DNA of 64,000 bases, from positions 11,308 through 75,307 of the forward strand of contig WQWC01000005.1 in the NCBI GenBank assembly GCA_009785525.1, read 5' to 3'. Below are positions 17,541 to 27,182 of the stretch, one piece after another. Position 1 is the stretch's first letter, and each line of letters opens with the position of its first letter. The notes beneath the pieces were generated by a model. It worked only from the letters and a program-made list of their open reading frames with translations, did not search any database and was not told where the DNA came from. A program made the translations under genes and the position numbers. The stretch is from Oscillospiraceae bacterium (lineage in GTDB: Bacteria; Bacillota; Clostridia; Oscillospirales; Oscillospiraceae).

Positions 17541-18721
17541 ATAAAGGAAGATTCGGCGAATTCGGCGGACAATACATCCCCGAAACCTTGATGGACGCAC
17601 TATACGAATTAGAGGAAGCGTATAATCACTATAAGGACGATCCGACATTTCAAACCGAGTTGAACGGACTTTTGACTGATTACGCCGGGCGGCCTTCGCG
17701 TCTCTATTACGCTAAGAATCTGACAGAACAAATCGGTGGTGCTAAAATCTACCTAAAACGGGAAGATCTGAACCATACCGGCTCGCACAAGATAAACAAT
17801 GTACTTGGACAAACCTTGCTTGCAAAATATATGGGAAAAACTCGCATTATCGCAGAAACGGGTGCCGGGCAGCATGGTGTTGCGGCGGCGACCGCTGCTG
17901 CTTTGTTGGGGCTTGAGTGCGAGGTGTTCATGGGGAAAGAAGACACCGAGCGGCAGGCACTCAATGTCTATCGGATGCGTTTATTAGGGGCGAAAGTGCA
18001 CCCCGTCACCTCCGGCACCATGACGCTCAAAGATGCAGTGAACGAAACCATGCGGGAATGGACGCGGCGGGTGTCAGATACACATTATGTACTTGGATCA
18101 GTTATGGGGCCGCATCCCTTTCCCATGATGGTCAGAGATTTTCAAAAAGTGATCGGAGAGGAAATCCGTGTGCAAATAAACCGGATTGAAAACTGTCTGC
18201 CGGATGCCGTGGTTGCCTGTGTGGGCGGGGGATCAAATGCGATTGGCGCATTTTATGATTTTATCAGTGACGACAACGTGCGTTTGATTGGATGTGAAGC
18301 GGCGGGCAAAGGGCTTGATACCGATCAGCACGCCGCCACAATCACATGTGGTTCCATTGGTGTGTTTCATGGGATGAAATCCATTTTTTGTCAGGATGAG
18401 TTCGGGCAAATTGCACCGGTTCATTCTATATCCGCAGGACTTGACTATCCAGGCATCGGACCGGAACATGCGTGGCTATATCAATCTGACCGTGCAGAAT
18501 ATGTGCCTGTTACTGACGATGAAGCCGTGGACGCTTTTGAGCACTTATCACGCATGGAAGGGATCATACCGGCAATCGAATCCGCTCATGCCGTGGCACA
18601 TACGTTAAAGCTCGCAAAAGAAATGGGGGAAGGGAAAATCATCATCGTTTGCCTTTCTGGACGCGGCGATAAAGATGTAGCGGCTATTGCCAGATATAAG
18701 GGGGAAAATATCGATGAATAG
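17537..18721 (+). CDS. trpB: Tryptophan synthase beta chain
   Basis: [32 protein letters not shown] (PLP lysine) and GGGSNAIG motifs. Confidence 0.96.
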   Translation: MNKGRFGEFGGQYIPETLMDALYELEEAYNHYKDDPTFQTELNGLLTDYAGRPSRLYYAKNLTEQIGGAKIYLKREDLNHTGSHKINNVLGQTLLAKYMGKTRIIAETGAGQHGVAAATAAALLGLECEVFMGKEDTERQALNVYRMRLLGAKVHPVTSGTMTLKDAVNETMREWTRRVSDTHYVLGSVMGPHPFPMMVRDFQKVIGEEIRVQINRIENCLPDAVVACVGGGSNAIGAFYDFISDDNVRLIGCEAAGKGLDTDQHAATITCGSIGVFHGMKSIFCQDEFGQIAPVHSISAGLDYPGIGPEHAWLYQSDRAEYVPVTDDEAVDAFEHLSRMEGIIPAIESAHAVAHTLKLAKEMGEGKIIIVCLSGRGDKDVAAIARYKGENIDE

Positions 18722-19490
18722 AATACATGATGCATTTCAGAATCAAAAGGCGTTCATCGCTTATCTGATGGCTGGTGACCCGAACCTTGCGATCTCGGCA
18801 GAATATATCCTGACCGCACAGGAAGCCGGTGCCGATATGATCGAGATTGGTATTCCATTCTCTGACCCGATTGCCGAGGGTGAAGTGATACAAGCGGCCA
18901 GCGCACGCGCCCAAGCTGCCGGAACAAGGCTTGACGGTGTGTTTGAGATGGTGGCATCCATCAAAGATCAGATGCGGATTCCGATGGTATTTATGACCTA
19001 CTTAAACCCTGTATTTGTATATGGGTATGAGCGCTTTTTCGCCAAATGCACAGAGATTGGGATATGCGGTGTGATTATCCCTGATTTACCGTTTGAAGAA
19101 CAGAGTGAGGCAAAATCGATAGCAGCAAAGCATAATATCGAGATCATCACACTGGTGGCTCCCACTTCGGAAAAACGGATTGCCACAATCGCTGAGAGTG
19201 CAGAAGGCTTTATCTATCTGGTATCCTCTATGGGAGTTACAGGCGTACGAAGTGAAATCACAACCGACTTGTCGGCGATTGTATCTGCAATAAAAAAACA
19301 TACCAATATTCCGGTTGCGATCGGTTTCGGTATTTCGACGCCGGAACAGGTTGGATACTATTCAGCCATCGCCGACGGCGTAATTGTCGGCAGTGCCATT
19401 GTGCGTATCATCGGACAGCACGGCGAAGACGCAAAACCGGCAATGTGTGAATATATACAAAGAATGAAGCAAGGGCTTGCAGGCGTTTAA
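18714..19490 (+). CDS. trpA: Tryptophan synthase alpha chain
   Basis: [25 protein letters not shown] and GFGIS motifs. ATG 18714 overlaps the trpB stop by 8 nt. Confidence 0.92.
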   Translation: MNRIHDAFQNQKAFIAYLMAGDPNLAISAEYILTAQEAGADMIEIGIPFSDPIAEGEVIQAASARAQAAGTRLDGVFEMVASIKDQMRIPMVFMTYLNPVFVYGYERFFAKCTEIGICGVIIPDLPFEEQSEAKSIAAKHNIEIITLVAPTSEKRIATIAESAEGFIYLVSSMGVTGVRSEITTDLSAIVSAIKKHTNIPVAIGFGISTPEQVGYYSAIADGVIVGSAIVRIIGQHGEDAKPAMCEYIQRMKQGLAGV

Positions 19491-19556
19491 TTTTTTGAAT
19501 ACATTGTAGCAAAGCTTCTATGAAAGGCTGTCATTTCTCTAATCATCTGTCCGTCC

Positions 19557-20558
19557 TTATCCGTCTTCCTTCTTATACCCAGACAGGGGAGTACGCTGTG
19601 CCGCGTCGCGCAGGTTTTCGTTTTCGACATGGGTATAAATCTGCGTTGTGTTCAAGTGTTCATGTCCCAGAAGTTCTTGTAGCGTTCTCACATCCACGCC
19701 GCTGTTGAGCATTAGAGTTGCCGCAGTGTGGCGGAGTTTGTGGGATGAGTATTTAGCGCTGTCCAATCCAGCTGCCGATAGGTGTTTTTTCACCAGACTA
19801 TGTATCGTGGAAGTGCTTATCCGTGTTCGCCTGGCAGAGAGGAAAAGCGCATTTCTGTCAACCGCTGCAACGCTTTTACGCGCCGCGAGATAGTCGTTGA
19901 TGGCATCGGCACACGCGTCGTTTATGAACACGATGCGCTCTTTATTGCCTTTACCCAAGACCCTAATTGAATCCGCGCGTAAATCTGTCAGATTCAGTCC
20001 GGCAAGCTCTGAAATCCGCAGTCCGCAATTTAGGAAGATGGTCAGTATACAGAAATCGCGCTCACGATTAGCGCCTGATACGTTGTCTAGCAGCTTTACG
20101 CTTTCGTCAAGGCTCAAGAAGCGGGGGAGTGACTTTTTTATTTTCGGCGAATCAAGATCCGCCACCGGATTTTCGTCCAACTGTTTTGTTTTCAGCGTGA
20201 GATACTTGTAATACGAACGTATTACCGCAATTTTACGCGCGCGGGTAGTCGCACTGAGGCCATAGTCTGTGTACCGGCTGTTGTGCTGCTTAGGCCTGTC
20301 GCGGGAGAGGAACGCAAGGTACTCATAGACGTCCGAAATCGTGACAGACTTGACAAAATCGAGATCTATATCCATAATAGAAATTTCCTCAAATTGAATG
20401 TCATCCGGACGCAACTTTTTATGAATCTTCAAAAACCGGAAAAATGTACGAAGATCCAGAAAATACTCATCAATTGTCCGTTTTGAGTGACCTTTGATTG
20501 TCTCATGATAAAAAAGAAAATCGCGAATGATGGCGGGGGACTCAGTTCTGTAATCCAT
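19557..20558 (-). CDS. Tyrosine site-specific recombinase (XerC/XerD / phage-integrase family)
   Basis: C-terminal catalytic signature HKLRHTAATLM ... LLGHEHLNTTQIYTHV. N-terminal SAM-like core-binding domain. ATG 20558 has an AGGATGG RBS. Confidence 0.85.
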   Translation of the reverse strand: MDYRTESPAIIRDFLFYHETIKGHSKRTIDEYFLDLRTFFRFLKIHKKLRPDDIQFEEISIMDIDLDFVKSVTISDVYEYLAFLSRDRPKQHNSRYTDYGLSATTRARKIAVIRSYYKYLTLKTKQLDENPVADLDSPKIKKSLPRFLSLDESVKLLDNVSGANRERDFCILTIFLNCGLRISELAGLNLTDLRADSIRVLGKGNKERIVFINDACADAINDYLAARKSVAAVDRNALFLSARRTRISTSTIHSLVKKHLSAAGLDSAKYSSHKLRHTAATLMLNSGVDVRTLQELLGHEHLNTTQIYTHVENENLRDAAQRTPLSGYKKEDG

Positions 20559-20624
20559 AATTAACCATCCTGTCGTTAGTTTACGCAGATTATTATAGCA
20601 CATCCATCGGAGGACGTCCATAAA

Positions 20625-20656
20625 TAATTGAACAAAATAAAAATTTTGTTCAATTA
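20625..20656. repeat. Perfect 14-bp-arm AT-rich inverted repeat in a divergent intergenic region
   Basis: TAATTGAACAAAAT-aaaa-ATTTTGTTCAATTA, between the recombinase start and the Cys-rich mini-gene. Confidence 0.7.
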
Positions 20657-20736
20657 AGGGGGCGAGAATCGAGAGAAGGGGTATTTAAATAATTCCGACT
20701 GTATACGCATAAAATATACTCAGGTGGTGATTTAAT

Positions 20737-20877
20737 ATGAGTCTGATTCCCTGCACTGAATCCTGCGTCTATCAGCAGGATGGCAATTGCAATCTTGAAC
20801 GTGCCGCGTCTTGTGGCACAGCTGAAAGTTCGCAATGCGTTCATTATATTGAAAAGCAAAAATCAAAGGCGCGGTAA
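20737..20877 (+). CDS. Small (46 aa) Cys-rich protein of unknown function
   Basis: MSLIPCTESCVYQQDGNCNLERAASCGTAESSQCVHYIEKQKSKAR. GGTGGTGA RBS 6 nt upstream and a strong terminator immediately downstream. Below the ORF-track cutoff. Resembles small Clostridia proteins I recall being conserved and sometimes mis-annotated. Confidence 0.6.
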   Translation: MSLIPCTESCVYQQDGNCNLERAASCGTAESSQCVHYIEKQKSKAR

Positions 20878-20899
20878 AATATCCGCGCCTTTGGTTTTT
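20865..20899. terminator. Bidirectional rho-independent terminator
   Basis: AAAGGCGCGG-taaaatat-CCGCGCCTTT followed by GGTTTTT. Lies between the convergent Cys-rich ORF and the GNAT gene. Confidence 0.8.
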
Positions 20900-20905
20900 G
20901 CTTTA

Positions 20906-21370
20906 TCAATCAAACTTAATTCGCATCGTAGTATAATTCGGAATTTGGAAGCCGAGTTTTTCATACAACGGTTTTCCGTCATCCGTTGCCAGCAAATCCA
21001 CAGATGCAACACCCAGTACTTTTGCTTCGTCTAAAAGAGCGGCCATGACTTTAGTTGCAATGCCTTTTCGTCTGTATTGCGGATATGTATAAACGTTGTA
21101 CACAGTTCCAACGAGGTTTGAGGTGTCTGCGTTTCGCGGCGGTCTTTCAACGATTGAGAGAAACGCGGTTGAGCATGTTTCGTCATTATCTTCCGCGACA
21201 AAAACAAGCAGGTTGCCGCTGGGAATCCATTTCTCAAAATAGCTGCGGTTTTTCTCTCTGATAACCTCAACCTCTTGTACGCTGTAGCCCTCTACATCAG
21301 AAAGAAGAAAATCCGATCTCAATTTTATCAGCAAATCCATATCAACAATGGTTGCTTTTCTGATTTGCAT
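20906..21370 (-). CDS. GNAT family N-acetyltransferase
   Basis: Acetyl-CoA-binding motif YRRKGIATKVMAALL. 154 aa. AAGGAGG RBS. Confidence 0.85.
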   Translation of the reverse strand: MQIRKATIVDMDLLIKLRSDFLLSDVEGYSVQEVEVIREKNRSYFEKWIPSGNLLVFVAEDNDETCSTAFLSIVERPPRNADTSNLVGTVYNVYTYPQYRRKGIATKVMAALLDEAKVLGVASVDLLATDDGKPLYEKLGFQIPNYTTMRIKFD

Positions 21371-21380
21371 GTAAGCCTCC

Positions 21381-23783
21381 TTACTTCACTATCAGATTAA
21401 TCAGCTTATTCTTAACCACAATCACACGCACGATTTCTTTGCCGTCAATCAAGCGTTTGATTCTTTCGTCGTCCCGTGCAATGCTGAGAACAGTTTCATT
21501 ATCCGCGTCCAGCGGAGCCATTACGGTGCCGCGGAGTTTTCCACCGATTTGGACGGCGATTTCGCGCTCTGATTCAATTGTCTTGCGCTCGTCATACGCA
21601 GGCCAAGGTTCAGTCGCAGCCGAGCCGCTGAAGTCTTGATTTTCCCACAGTTCCTCCGCAATATGCGGTGCGAACGGCGCGAGAAGCGTCAGCAACATTT
21701 TGATATCGCCTTTAGACGGCAATTCTTTATCGTCGTAGAAATCATTGACAAGTGCCATCAGCGTCGCTATTGCTGTGTTGAACTTCAAATGCTCAATATC
21801 ATCGCCGACCTTTTTAATCGCGCGGTGAATAGCCGCCTCGTGCTTAGCGGACAGCGTGTCATCTTCCAGCTGATTCTCTGCCAGATTCCAGACACGATCC
21901 AAGAATCTCTTGCAGCCTTTAACGGCTGTTGATGACCAAATAGCCGTTTTTTCAAAATCGCCGATGAACATGATGTATAGTCTTAACGTATCTGCGCCGA
22001 ACGCATCCACAATATCGTTCGGATTGACAACGTTTCCGAGTGACTTGCTCATCTTTTGTCCGTCTTCGGCAAGAATCATGCCGTGACTTGTGCGCTTCAT
22101 ATAAGGCTCCGGTGTCGGGACTATACCGATATCATACAGAAACTTGTGCCAGAACCGCGAATACAGCAAGTGAAGCGTTGTATGCTCCATGCCGCCGTTG
22201 TACCAATCCACAGGCGTCCAATAATCAAGCGCTTCGCGGGACGCAAGTGCGTTTTTATTGTGCGGATCTGTATAACGCAGAAAATACCAGCTTGACCCAG
22301 CCCACTGCGGCATTGTATCAGTCTCGCGCGACGCGGGACCGCCGCATTTCGGGCATGTGGTCGCGATCCAATCCGGCATTGCGGCAAGCGGACTTTCCCC
22401 GGTGTCGGTTGTCTCGTAATTCTCCACATCCGGCAGAATCAACGGCAACTCACTTTCAGGCAACGGCACGTGGCCGCATTTTTCGCAGTGGACTATCGGG
22501 ATAGGCTCCCCCCAATACCGCTGGCGAGAGAACACCCAGTCGCGCAACTTGAAGTTGACAGTCTCCCCGCCTATCCCCTGCTCCGTCAGCCAGCGCGTCA
22601 TTTCCGCTTTTGCATCGTCAACGGACAGGCCGTTCATAAATCCGGAATTTACAATGGTACCCAATTGGTTGTCGCTGTAGGCCTCTTCTTCAATGTTGCC
22701 GCCGGATACCACTTCGATAATCGGCAGGCCAAATTTCTTTGCGAATTCCCAGTCACGCTTATCATGGCCCGGAACGGCCATAATCGCGCCGGTGCCGTAA
22801 GTTGCCAGCACATAATCTGATATAAATATCGGGATTTCCCCGCCTGTCGCAGGATTAATCGCCCGTATGCCCTGGATTTCAACGCCGGTTTTGTCTTTTG
22901 CCAGTTCCGTACGCTCAAAATCAGACTTTTTCGCCGCCTCCGTCTGATATTCTGCGATTTCCTCAAGATTATCGGGCGACCATTTCGCCAACAGCGGATG
23001 CTCCGGAGATATGACCATATAAGTAGCGCCGAACAGCGTATCCTGCCGCGTTGTAAAGACCCGCAGCGTATCGCCGGCAGTTGTTTTAAAGTCAATTTCC
23101 GCACCGACCGAACGCCCAATCCAGTTGCGCTGCTGAGTTTTTGCGCGTTCGATGTAATCCACGGTGTCAAGATCGTCTAAAAGCCTCTGGGCGTATTCGG
23201 TGATTTTCAGCATCCACTGGCTTTTTTCACGCCTTGTGACAGGTGCGCCGCAACGTTCGCATTCGCCGTTTACGACTTCTTCGTTCGCCAGCACACATTT
23301 GCACGATGTACACCAGTTAACCGGTATAGACGCCTTATAAGCCAGACCATTTTCAAATAGCTTCAGAAAAATCCACTGTGTCCATTTATAATACTCAGGG
23401 TCTGTGGTGTCTATACACCTGTCCCAATCAAAACTGAAGCCAAGCATTTTCAACTGTTTGGTAAACGTCTCTATATTATCCCGCGTGACTATCGCCGGGT
23501 GTATTTTGTTCTTGATAGCATAATTTTCCGTGGGAAGTCCAAACGCATCGAACCCCATCGGAAGCAACACGCTATACCCCTGCATACGTCTTTTCCTGGA
23601 AACAATGTCCATCGCCGTATAAGGGCGCGGGTGGCCGACATGCAACCCCGCTGCCGATGGGTACGGGAATTCAATCAATGCGTAATATTTGGGCTTGTCA
23701 TCCCCTGTTTTAGCGGCGTATGTCTTTTCTTTCTCCCATTTATCCTGCCACTTTTTCTCTATACGGGAAAACTCGTATTTCAT
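21381..23783 (-). CDS. leuS: Leucine--tRNA ligase
   Basis: [13 protein letters not shown] (HIGH) and KMSKSLGN (KMSKS) motifs plus CP1 editing region features. ATG 23783 ([13 protein letters not shown]) preferred over the track extension. Confidence 0.96.
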   Translation of the reverse strand: MKYEFSRIEKKWQDKWEKEKTYAAKTGDDKPKYYALIEFPYPSAAGLHVGHPRPYTAMDIVSRKRRMQGYSVLLPMGFDAFGLPTENYAIKNKIHPAIVTRDNIETFTKQLKMLGFSFDWDRCIDTTDPEYYKWTQWIFLKLFENGLAYKASIPVNWCTSCKCVLANEEVVNGECERCGAPVTRREKSQWMLKITEYAQRLLDDLDTVDYIERAKTQQRNWIGRSVGAEIDFKTTAGDTLRVFTTRQDTLFGATYMVISPEHPLLAKWSPDNLEEIAEYQTEAAKKSDFERTELAKDKTGVEIQGIRAINPATGGEIPIFISDYVLATYGTGAIMAVPGHDKRDWEFAKKFGLPIIEVVSGGNIEEEAYSDNQLGTIVNSGFMNGLSVDDAKAEMTRWLTEQGIGGETVNFKLRDWVFSRQRYWGEPIPIVHCEKCGHVPLPESELPLILPDVENYETTDTGESPLAAMPDWIATTCPKCGGPASRETDTMPQWAGSSWYFLRYTDPHNKNALASREALDYWTPVDWYNGGMEHTTLHLLYSRFWHKFLYDIGIVPTPEPYMKRTSHGMILAEDGQKMSKSLGNVVNPNDIVDAFGADTLRLYIMFIGDFEKTAIWSSTAVKGCKRFLDRVWNLAENQLEDDTLSAKHEAAIHRAIKKVGDDIEHLKFNTAIATLMALVNDFYDDKELPSKGDIKMLLTLLAPFAPHIAEELWENQDFSGSAATEPWPAYDERKTIESEREIAVQIGGKLRGTVMAPLDADNETVLSIARDDERIKRLIDGKEIVRVIVVKNKLINLIVK

Positions 23784-23797
23784 GTACTTTAACCTCT

Positions 23798-24157
23798 TTA
23801 TTCTGTAATAAACTCGCTTATATCCGTCTCTTGCGCGTCTCCCCATAGGTGCTCCAGCGCATAAAATTCTCGTATGTCTTTCAAAAACAAATGTGCAACC
23901 ACGCAACCAAAGTCAATCAGTACCCACCCGCCGGATCTGTAACCCTCACGGCGCAACGGAGTCTCTCCGTGATCTTTCATTGCTTTTTCCAGTTCATCTG
24001 ACAGTGTTTTAATCTGCGTTGTGGATGTCGCGGTGCAGATAACGAAATAGTCCGCCAGAACTGTGACGTCCCTCGTTTTCAATAATTTTATATCTTGCGC
24101 CTTTTTACTGTCAAGCGCTGTTACGATAAGTCCTGCAATCTCATATGGTGTCAGCAT
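23798..24157 (-). CDS. rsfS: Ribosome silencing factor RsfS (iojap family)
   Basis: [28 protein letters not shown] and [14 protein letters not shown] motifs. 119 aa. Confidence 0.9.
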   Translation of the reverse strand: MLTPYEIAGLIVTALDSKKAQDIKLLKTRDVTVLADYFVICTATSTTQIKTLSDELEKAMKDHGETPLRREGYRSGGWVLIDFGCVVAHLFLKDIREFYALEHLWGDAQETDISEFITE

Positions 24158-24177
24158 ATCTATCAGTTCCTTTCAAG

Positions 24178-25665
24178 TCAATCGTCAGATTCCGGCGGAG
24201 GATCGGTTGGTAATGGTTCATCAGGGGTGATATTCGCATCTGGTATCTGCGGCGGCGGGTCATCATCAGGGTCATCCGGGATATCGGGCGGATTCTCCCC
24301 GTATGTCGGTATACTCGGCTGGTCGGCATCTGGGTCTTCGTCGATATCTCTCCCTGTATCGGGCGGATTGCCTGTTTGATTCCCGCCCGGCGTAGCAGGC
24401 GGATTGGTGGGCGCAGTCGGTGTGGTCGGTGCGTTATTTGTGGGCGAACTTGCTCCCCCGCTCCCCGATGGCTGGCCCCAGTTCGGATTTCCGGCGAAGT
24501 TGCCGTCAGTGACGAAAAGCCTCCTATCAGATCCGCGTGTCAGGATGCTTACGTCTTCTGTCGTGATATCCGCATAAAATGGGTTAAGCATCTCGTTCAC
24601 CATCTCAAGCCATTCGTCTACGTAGACAGTCACGTATGACACTCCTGCAATCCAGGCAGTGTAGTCGCCCGGAAGCGTTGCGAAGTTAACATTTTCCGAG
24701 TCCATCCTGAGAAAATGCCGGGCAAACGCGACAAGGTTTCCAGAAGTCAGGTCCGTTTCAACATAGTTAAGGAAAATGCTGATAATATCCGGGTAGCGGA
24801 TAGAACTGCGGCGCTCCAGAATTTGCTGCGCAGCAGTTTCCAAAAAGTTCTGCTGGGTGCCTATTCTGCCGATATCTCCGCTTGCAAAGCCCCTGAATCT
24901 TACGATATCCAAGGCTTCTCTGCCGCTTAGTCGCTGAGGCCCCGGTGAATAGGCACGGAGGAACTCTTCGTGAGTCATTCTAACGGGGATGTTGAAATCC
25001 ACACCTCCGACAGAATCCACAAGCCGGATAAAAGCCCTTGTATCCACAAGCAGATAAAAGTCCACAGGAAACCCAAGAAGATTGGCAAAATAGTCAATGG
25101 TAGATTCCATAATCATTTCCCGCCGAAGTTCTGCATCCGTTTCCCCGCGATGCCTGTGCCTCATGTTCGCGTATATCGAATTTGCCTTTCTCACCGACCA
25201 GTTGACGTTGACCAGCGTATCGCGCGGGATACTTACGATATTCATTTTATAGTTCTCCGTGTCGAAGCTAACAACCATTATTACATCGGTCAATACATCG
25301 CCTAAATCGGTTCCGAGAACCAGGAATGTAAACTTATACGGGTTACTGTCGCCGATGGGGTCAGCGGGACGGTCCGGATCTACGCCGTATTCACCATTGA
25401 GACCACTGGGATTGTTGGATTCTGAATTTACCGGAGGACGTGGATTCCTTCTCCCGTAGGTCACGTCAGGCAGTATGACCTCTGTTTGCCACCAACGCGC
25501 GAAAACAATTACGCCGACAGCAAGTATACCTAAGAAGGACAAGCTTATGATACGCAAGACCTTGCGTTTCTTTCTTTTTGCAGGTTTTTCTGTCGCTTCG
25601 CTTTTGCGTCTGGAGACATTACTGGTCAAATGCCGTCCGCCTCTTTTGTTGCCGGATAATTTCAT
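24178..25665 (-). CDS. LytR-CpsA-Psr (LCP) family protein with a long Pro/Asp-rich C-terminal tail
   Basis: N-terminal TM anchor, then FLVLGTDLG, MVVSFD and IVSIPRDT LCP core motifs. The last ~110 aa are low-complexity P/T/D-rich. Confidence 0.85.
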   Translation of the reverse strand: MKLSGNKRGGRHLTSNVSRRKSEATEKPAKRKKRKVLRIISLSFLGILAVGVIVFARWWQTEVILPDVTYGRRNPRPPVNSESNNPSGLNGEYGVDPDRPADPIGDSNPYKFTFLVLGTDLGDVLTDVIMVVSFDTENYKMNIVSIPRDTLVNVNWSVRKANSIYANMRHRHRGETDAELRREMIMESTIDYFANLLGFPVDFYLLVDTRAFIRLVDSVGGVDFNIPVRMTHEEFLRAYSPGPQRLSGREALDIVRFRGFASGDIGRIGTQQNFLETAAQQILERRSSIRYPDIISIFLNYVETDLTSGNLVAFARHFLRMDSENVNFATLPGDYTAWIAGVSYVTVYVDEWLEMVNEMLNPFYADITTEDVSILTRGSDRRLFVTDGNFAGNPNWGQPSGSGGASSPTNNAPTTPTAPTNPPATPGGNQTGNPPDTGRDIDEDPDADQPSIPTYGENPPDIPDDPDDDPPPQIPDANITPDEPLPTDPPPESDD

Positions 25666-25706
25666 ATCTTAGCCCTTTCTGTTGCGCGTTGTCAATTCCG
25701 ACGTTT

Positions 25707-26861
25707 CTAACTGCGCAAATCGTTCAGCGCGTCAAACGTCGTCCTGTTCGGGGTTATTCCGCGAGCTTCCATATCCCGGATGCTCAGCCCAAGCCCCATT
25801 TCCATTGCCTTGTCAAGATTATCATAAGCCAGCGCGCGCAAAATATCAACACCGTCGAAATCTCTTGCAGGCTCAATGTAATCTGCGAGATAGATCACTT
25901 TTTCCAGTGTAGACATGTTTGCCCTGCCCGTTGTGTGCCATAAAATCGCGTCCGCAACCGTGTCCGACACGCCAAATTCAGACCGAGCCAATGCCGCGCC
26001 GGTTTTTGCGTGAAGCAACTTTTCTTCGCCTTTCTTAATGCCTGCTGAGATTCCGTGTTCCTCAAGGAGTTTTAAATGTTCCTGTGGTTCAAGCTTTTTT
26101 GTAATATCGTGCAGAATCGCCGCCTCGCGCGCGTCGTCAATATCCACACCCCAGTGTTCCGCCAAACGGATGGCTTCTTCTTCACAACCGGCGACATGCG
26201 GTATTCTGCTTGGTTTCAGCATTGAATACGCGCGATTCCGCAGCCAATCCCAATCGGGCTTCGCGCCATATAACCGGTTCTTTATTATATACGAATAAAC
26301 TGTATCATTTATATATTCACACCCCTCACGCTTTGGAAGCAACTCCCGCAAACGCGATGAAGAGATTTCAATAACATTATTTGTTACCGTCTCAGTATGG
26401 ACGTTAAATCGCTTCTGTATACTAAGAGAGTAATCAGCGATTTTTATGTGGTCATCCGAGCCACGTGAAAAAACGGCCGGCGTCGCTGTTTTAAGCAAAA
26501 TCCCGCTGTCTTTCCACGAATCTAGGGTTAAATACATGTCCGCTCCCATTAAAAGAAAAATGCTGGCATTCGGATATTCTTCCTTTATCGCGGTAACCGT
26601 ATCAACAGAGTAACTCACGCCCGGTTTCTCAGCTTCGATGTTCGATATAATCGCCGGTTCTAGTTCTGCAAACGCCAAGCGCGACATATGTATACGCATA
26701 TCGGCGGGCGGCGTATCAATCGGCAGCGATTTATGCGGCGGAATGCCTGACGGAACCACAATAAGTGTGTCCAGCCCAAGCTGACGCACGGCCGCTTTCG
26801 CAGAATCCACATGCCCGATATGCGGCGGATTGAAAGTACCGCCGAAGATACCAACTCTCAC
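25707..26861 (-). CDS. nadD: Fusion protein: nicotinate-nucleotide adenylyltransferase (NadD) + HD-domain phosphohydrolase YqeK
   Basis: N-terminus GIFGGTFNPPHIGHV, plus the ISSSRLR motif. C-terminal half carries HVAGCEEEA, AAILHDITK, WHTTG and LADYIEP, characteristic of YqeK HD hydrolases. Single uninterrupted 384-codon frame. Confidence 0.85.
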   Translation of the reverse strand: MRVGIFGGTFNPPHIGHVDSAKAAVRQLGLDTLIVVPSGIPPHKSLPIDTPPADMRIHMSRLAFAELEPAIISNIEAEKPGVSYSVDTVTAIKEEYPNASIFLLMGADMYLTLDSWKDSGILLKTATPAVFSRGSDDHIKIADYSLSIQKRFNVHTETVTNNVIEISSSRLRELLPKREGCEYINDTVYSYIIKNRLYGAKPDWDWLRNRAYSMLKPSRIPHVAGCEEEAIRLAEHWGVDIDDAREAAILHDITKKLEPQEHLKLLEEHGISAGIKKGEEKLLHAKTGAALARSEFGVSDTVADAILWHTTGRANMSTLEKVIYLADYIEPARDFDGVDILRALAYDNLDKAMEMGLGLSIRDMEARGITPNRTTFDALNDLRS

Positions 26862-26879
26862 CTAAATCACTAACCTTTT

Positions 26880-27182
26880 TTACTTAACTAATTTTATGCG
26901 TTTCTCTTTCGGGATGTCTCTGCTTTCTTTATAAAGCACAAAACGTGAACCGATGACCTGAACCGGCTCCGCAAGGCATTCACGGCTGAGCGTATCCGCC
27001 GCCTCTTGCGCCGTGAGCCCGGACGCCTCCAACACTCTGCCCTTAATAAGCTCCCGCGCTTTCAACGCCCCGGACATCTGGGAGATCACATTTTCAGTTA
27101 TCCCGCCCTTGCCTATTTGGACGATTGTATCTATCGGATTAGCCATAGCGCGCAACTGCGCGCGTTGTTTGCTGTTTATCAT
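26880..27182 (-). CDS. yhbY: RNA-binding ribosome assembly protein YhbY (CRM domain)
   Basis: KQRAQLRAMANPIDTIVQIGKGGIT motif. 100 aa. Sits in the conserved yqeI position upstream of nadD. Confidence 0.88.
   Translation of the reverse strand: MINSKQRAQLRAMANPIDTIVQIGKGGITENVISQMSGALKARELIKGRVLEASGLTAQEAADTLSRECLAEPVQVIGSRFVLYKESRDIPKEKRIKLVK

Noticed and set aside
19557-21370. Possible integrated mobile element or prophage remnant, suggested by the tyrosine recombinase
   Set aside because: There are no phage, conjugation or transposition genes, no tRNA target and no flanking direct repeats that I could find. The neighbours are a mini-gene and a GNAT. A lone Xer-like chromosomal recombinase is equally plausible, so no mobile_element feature is called.
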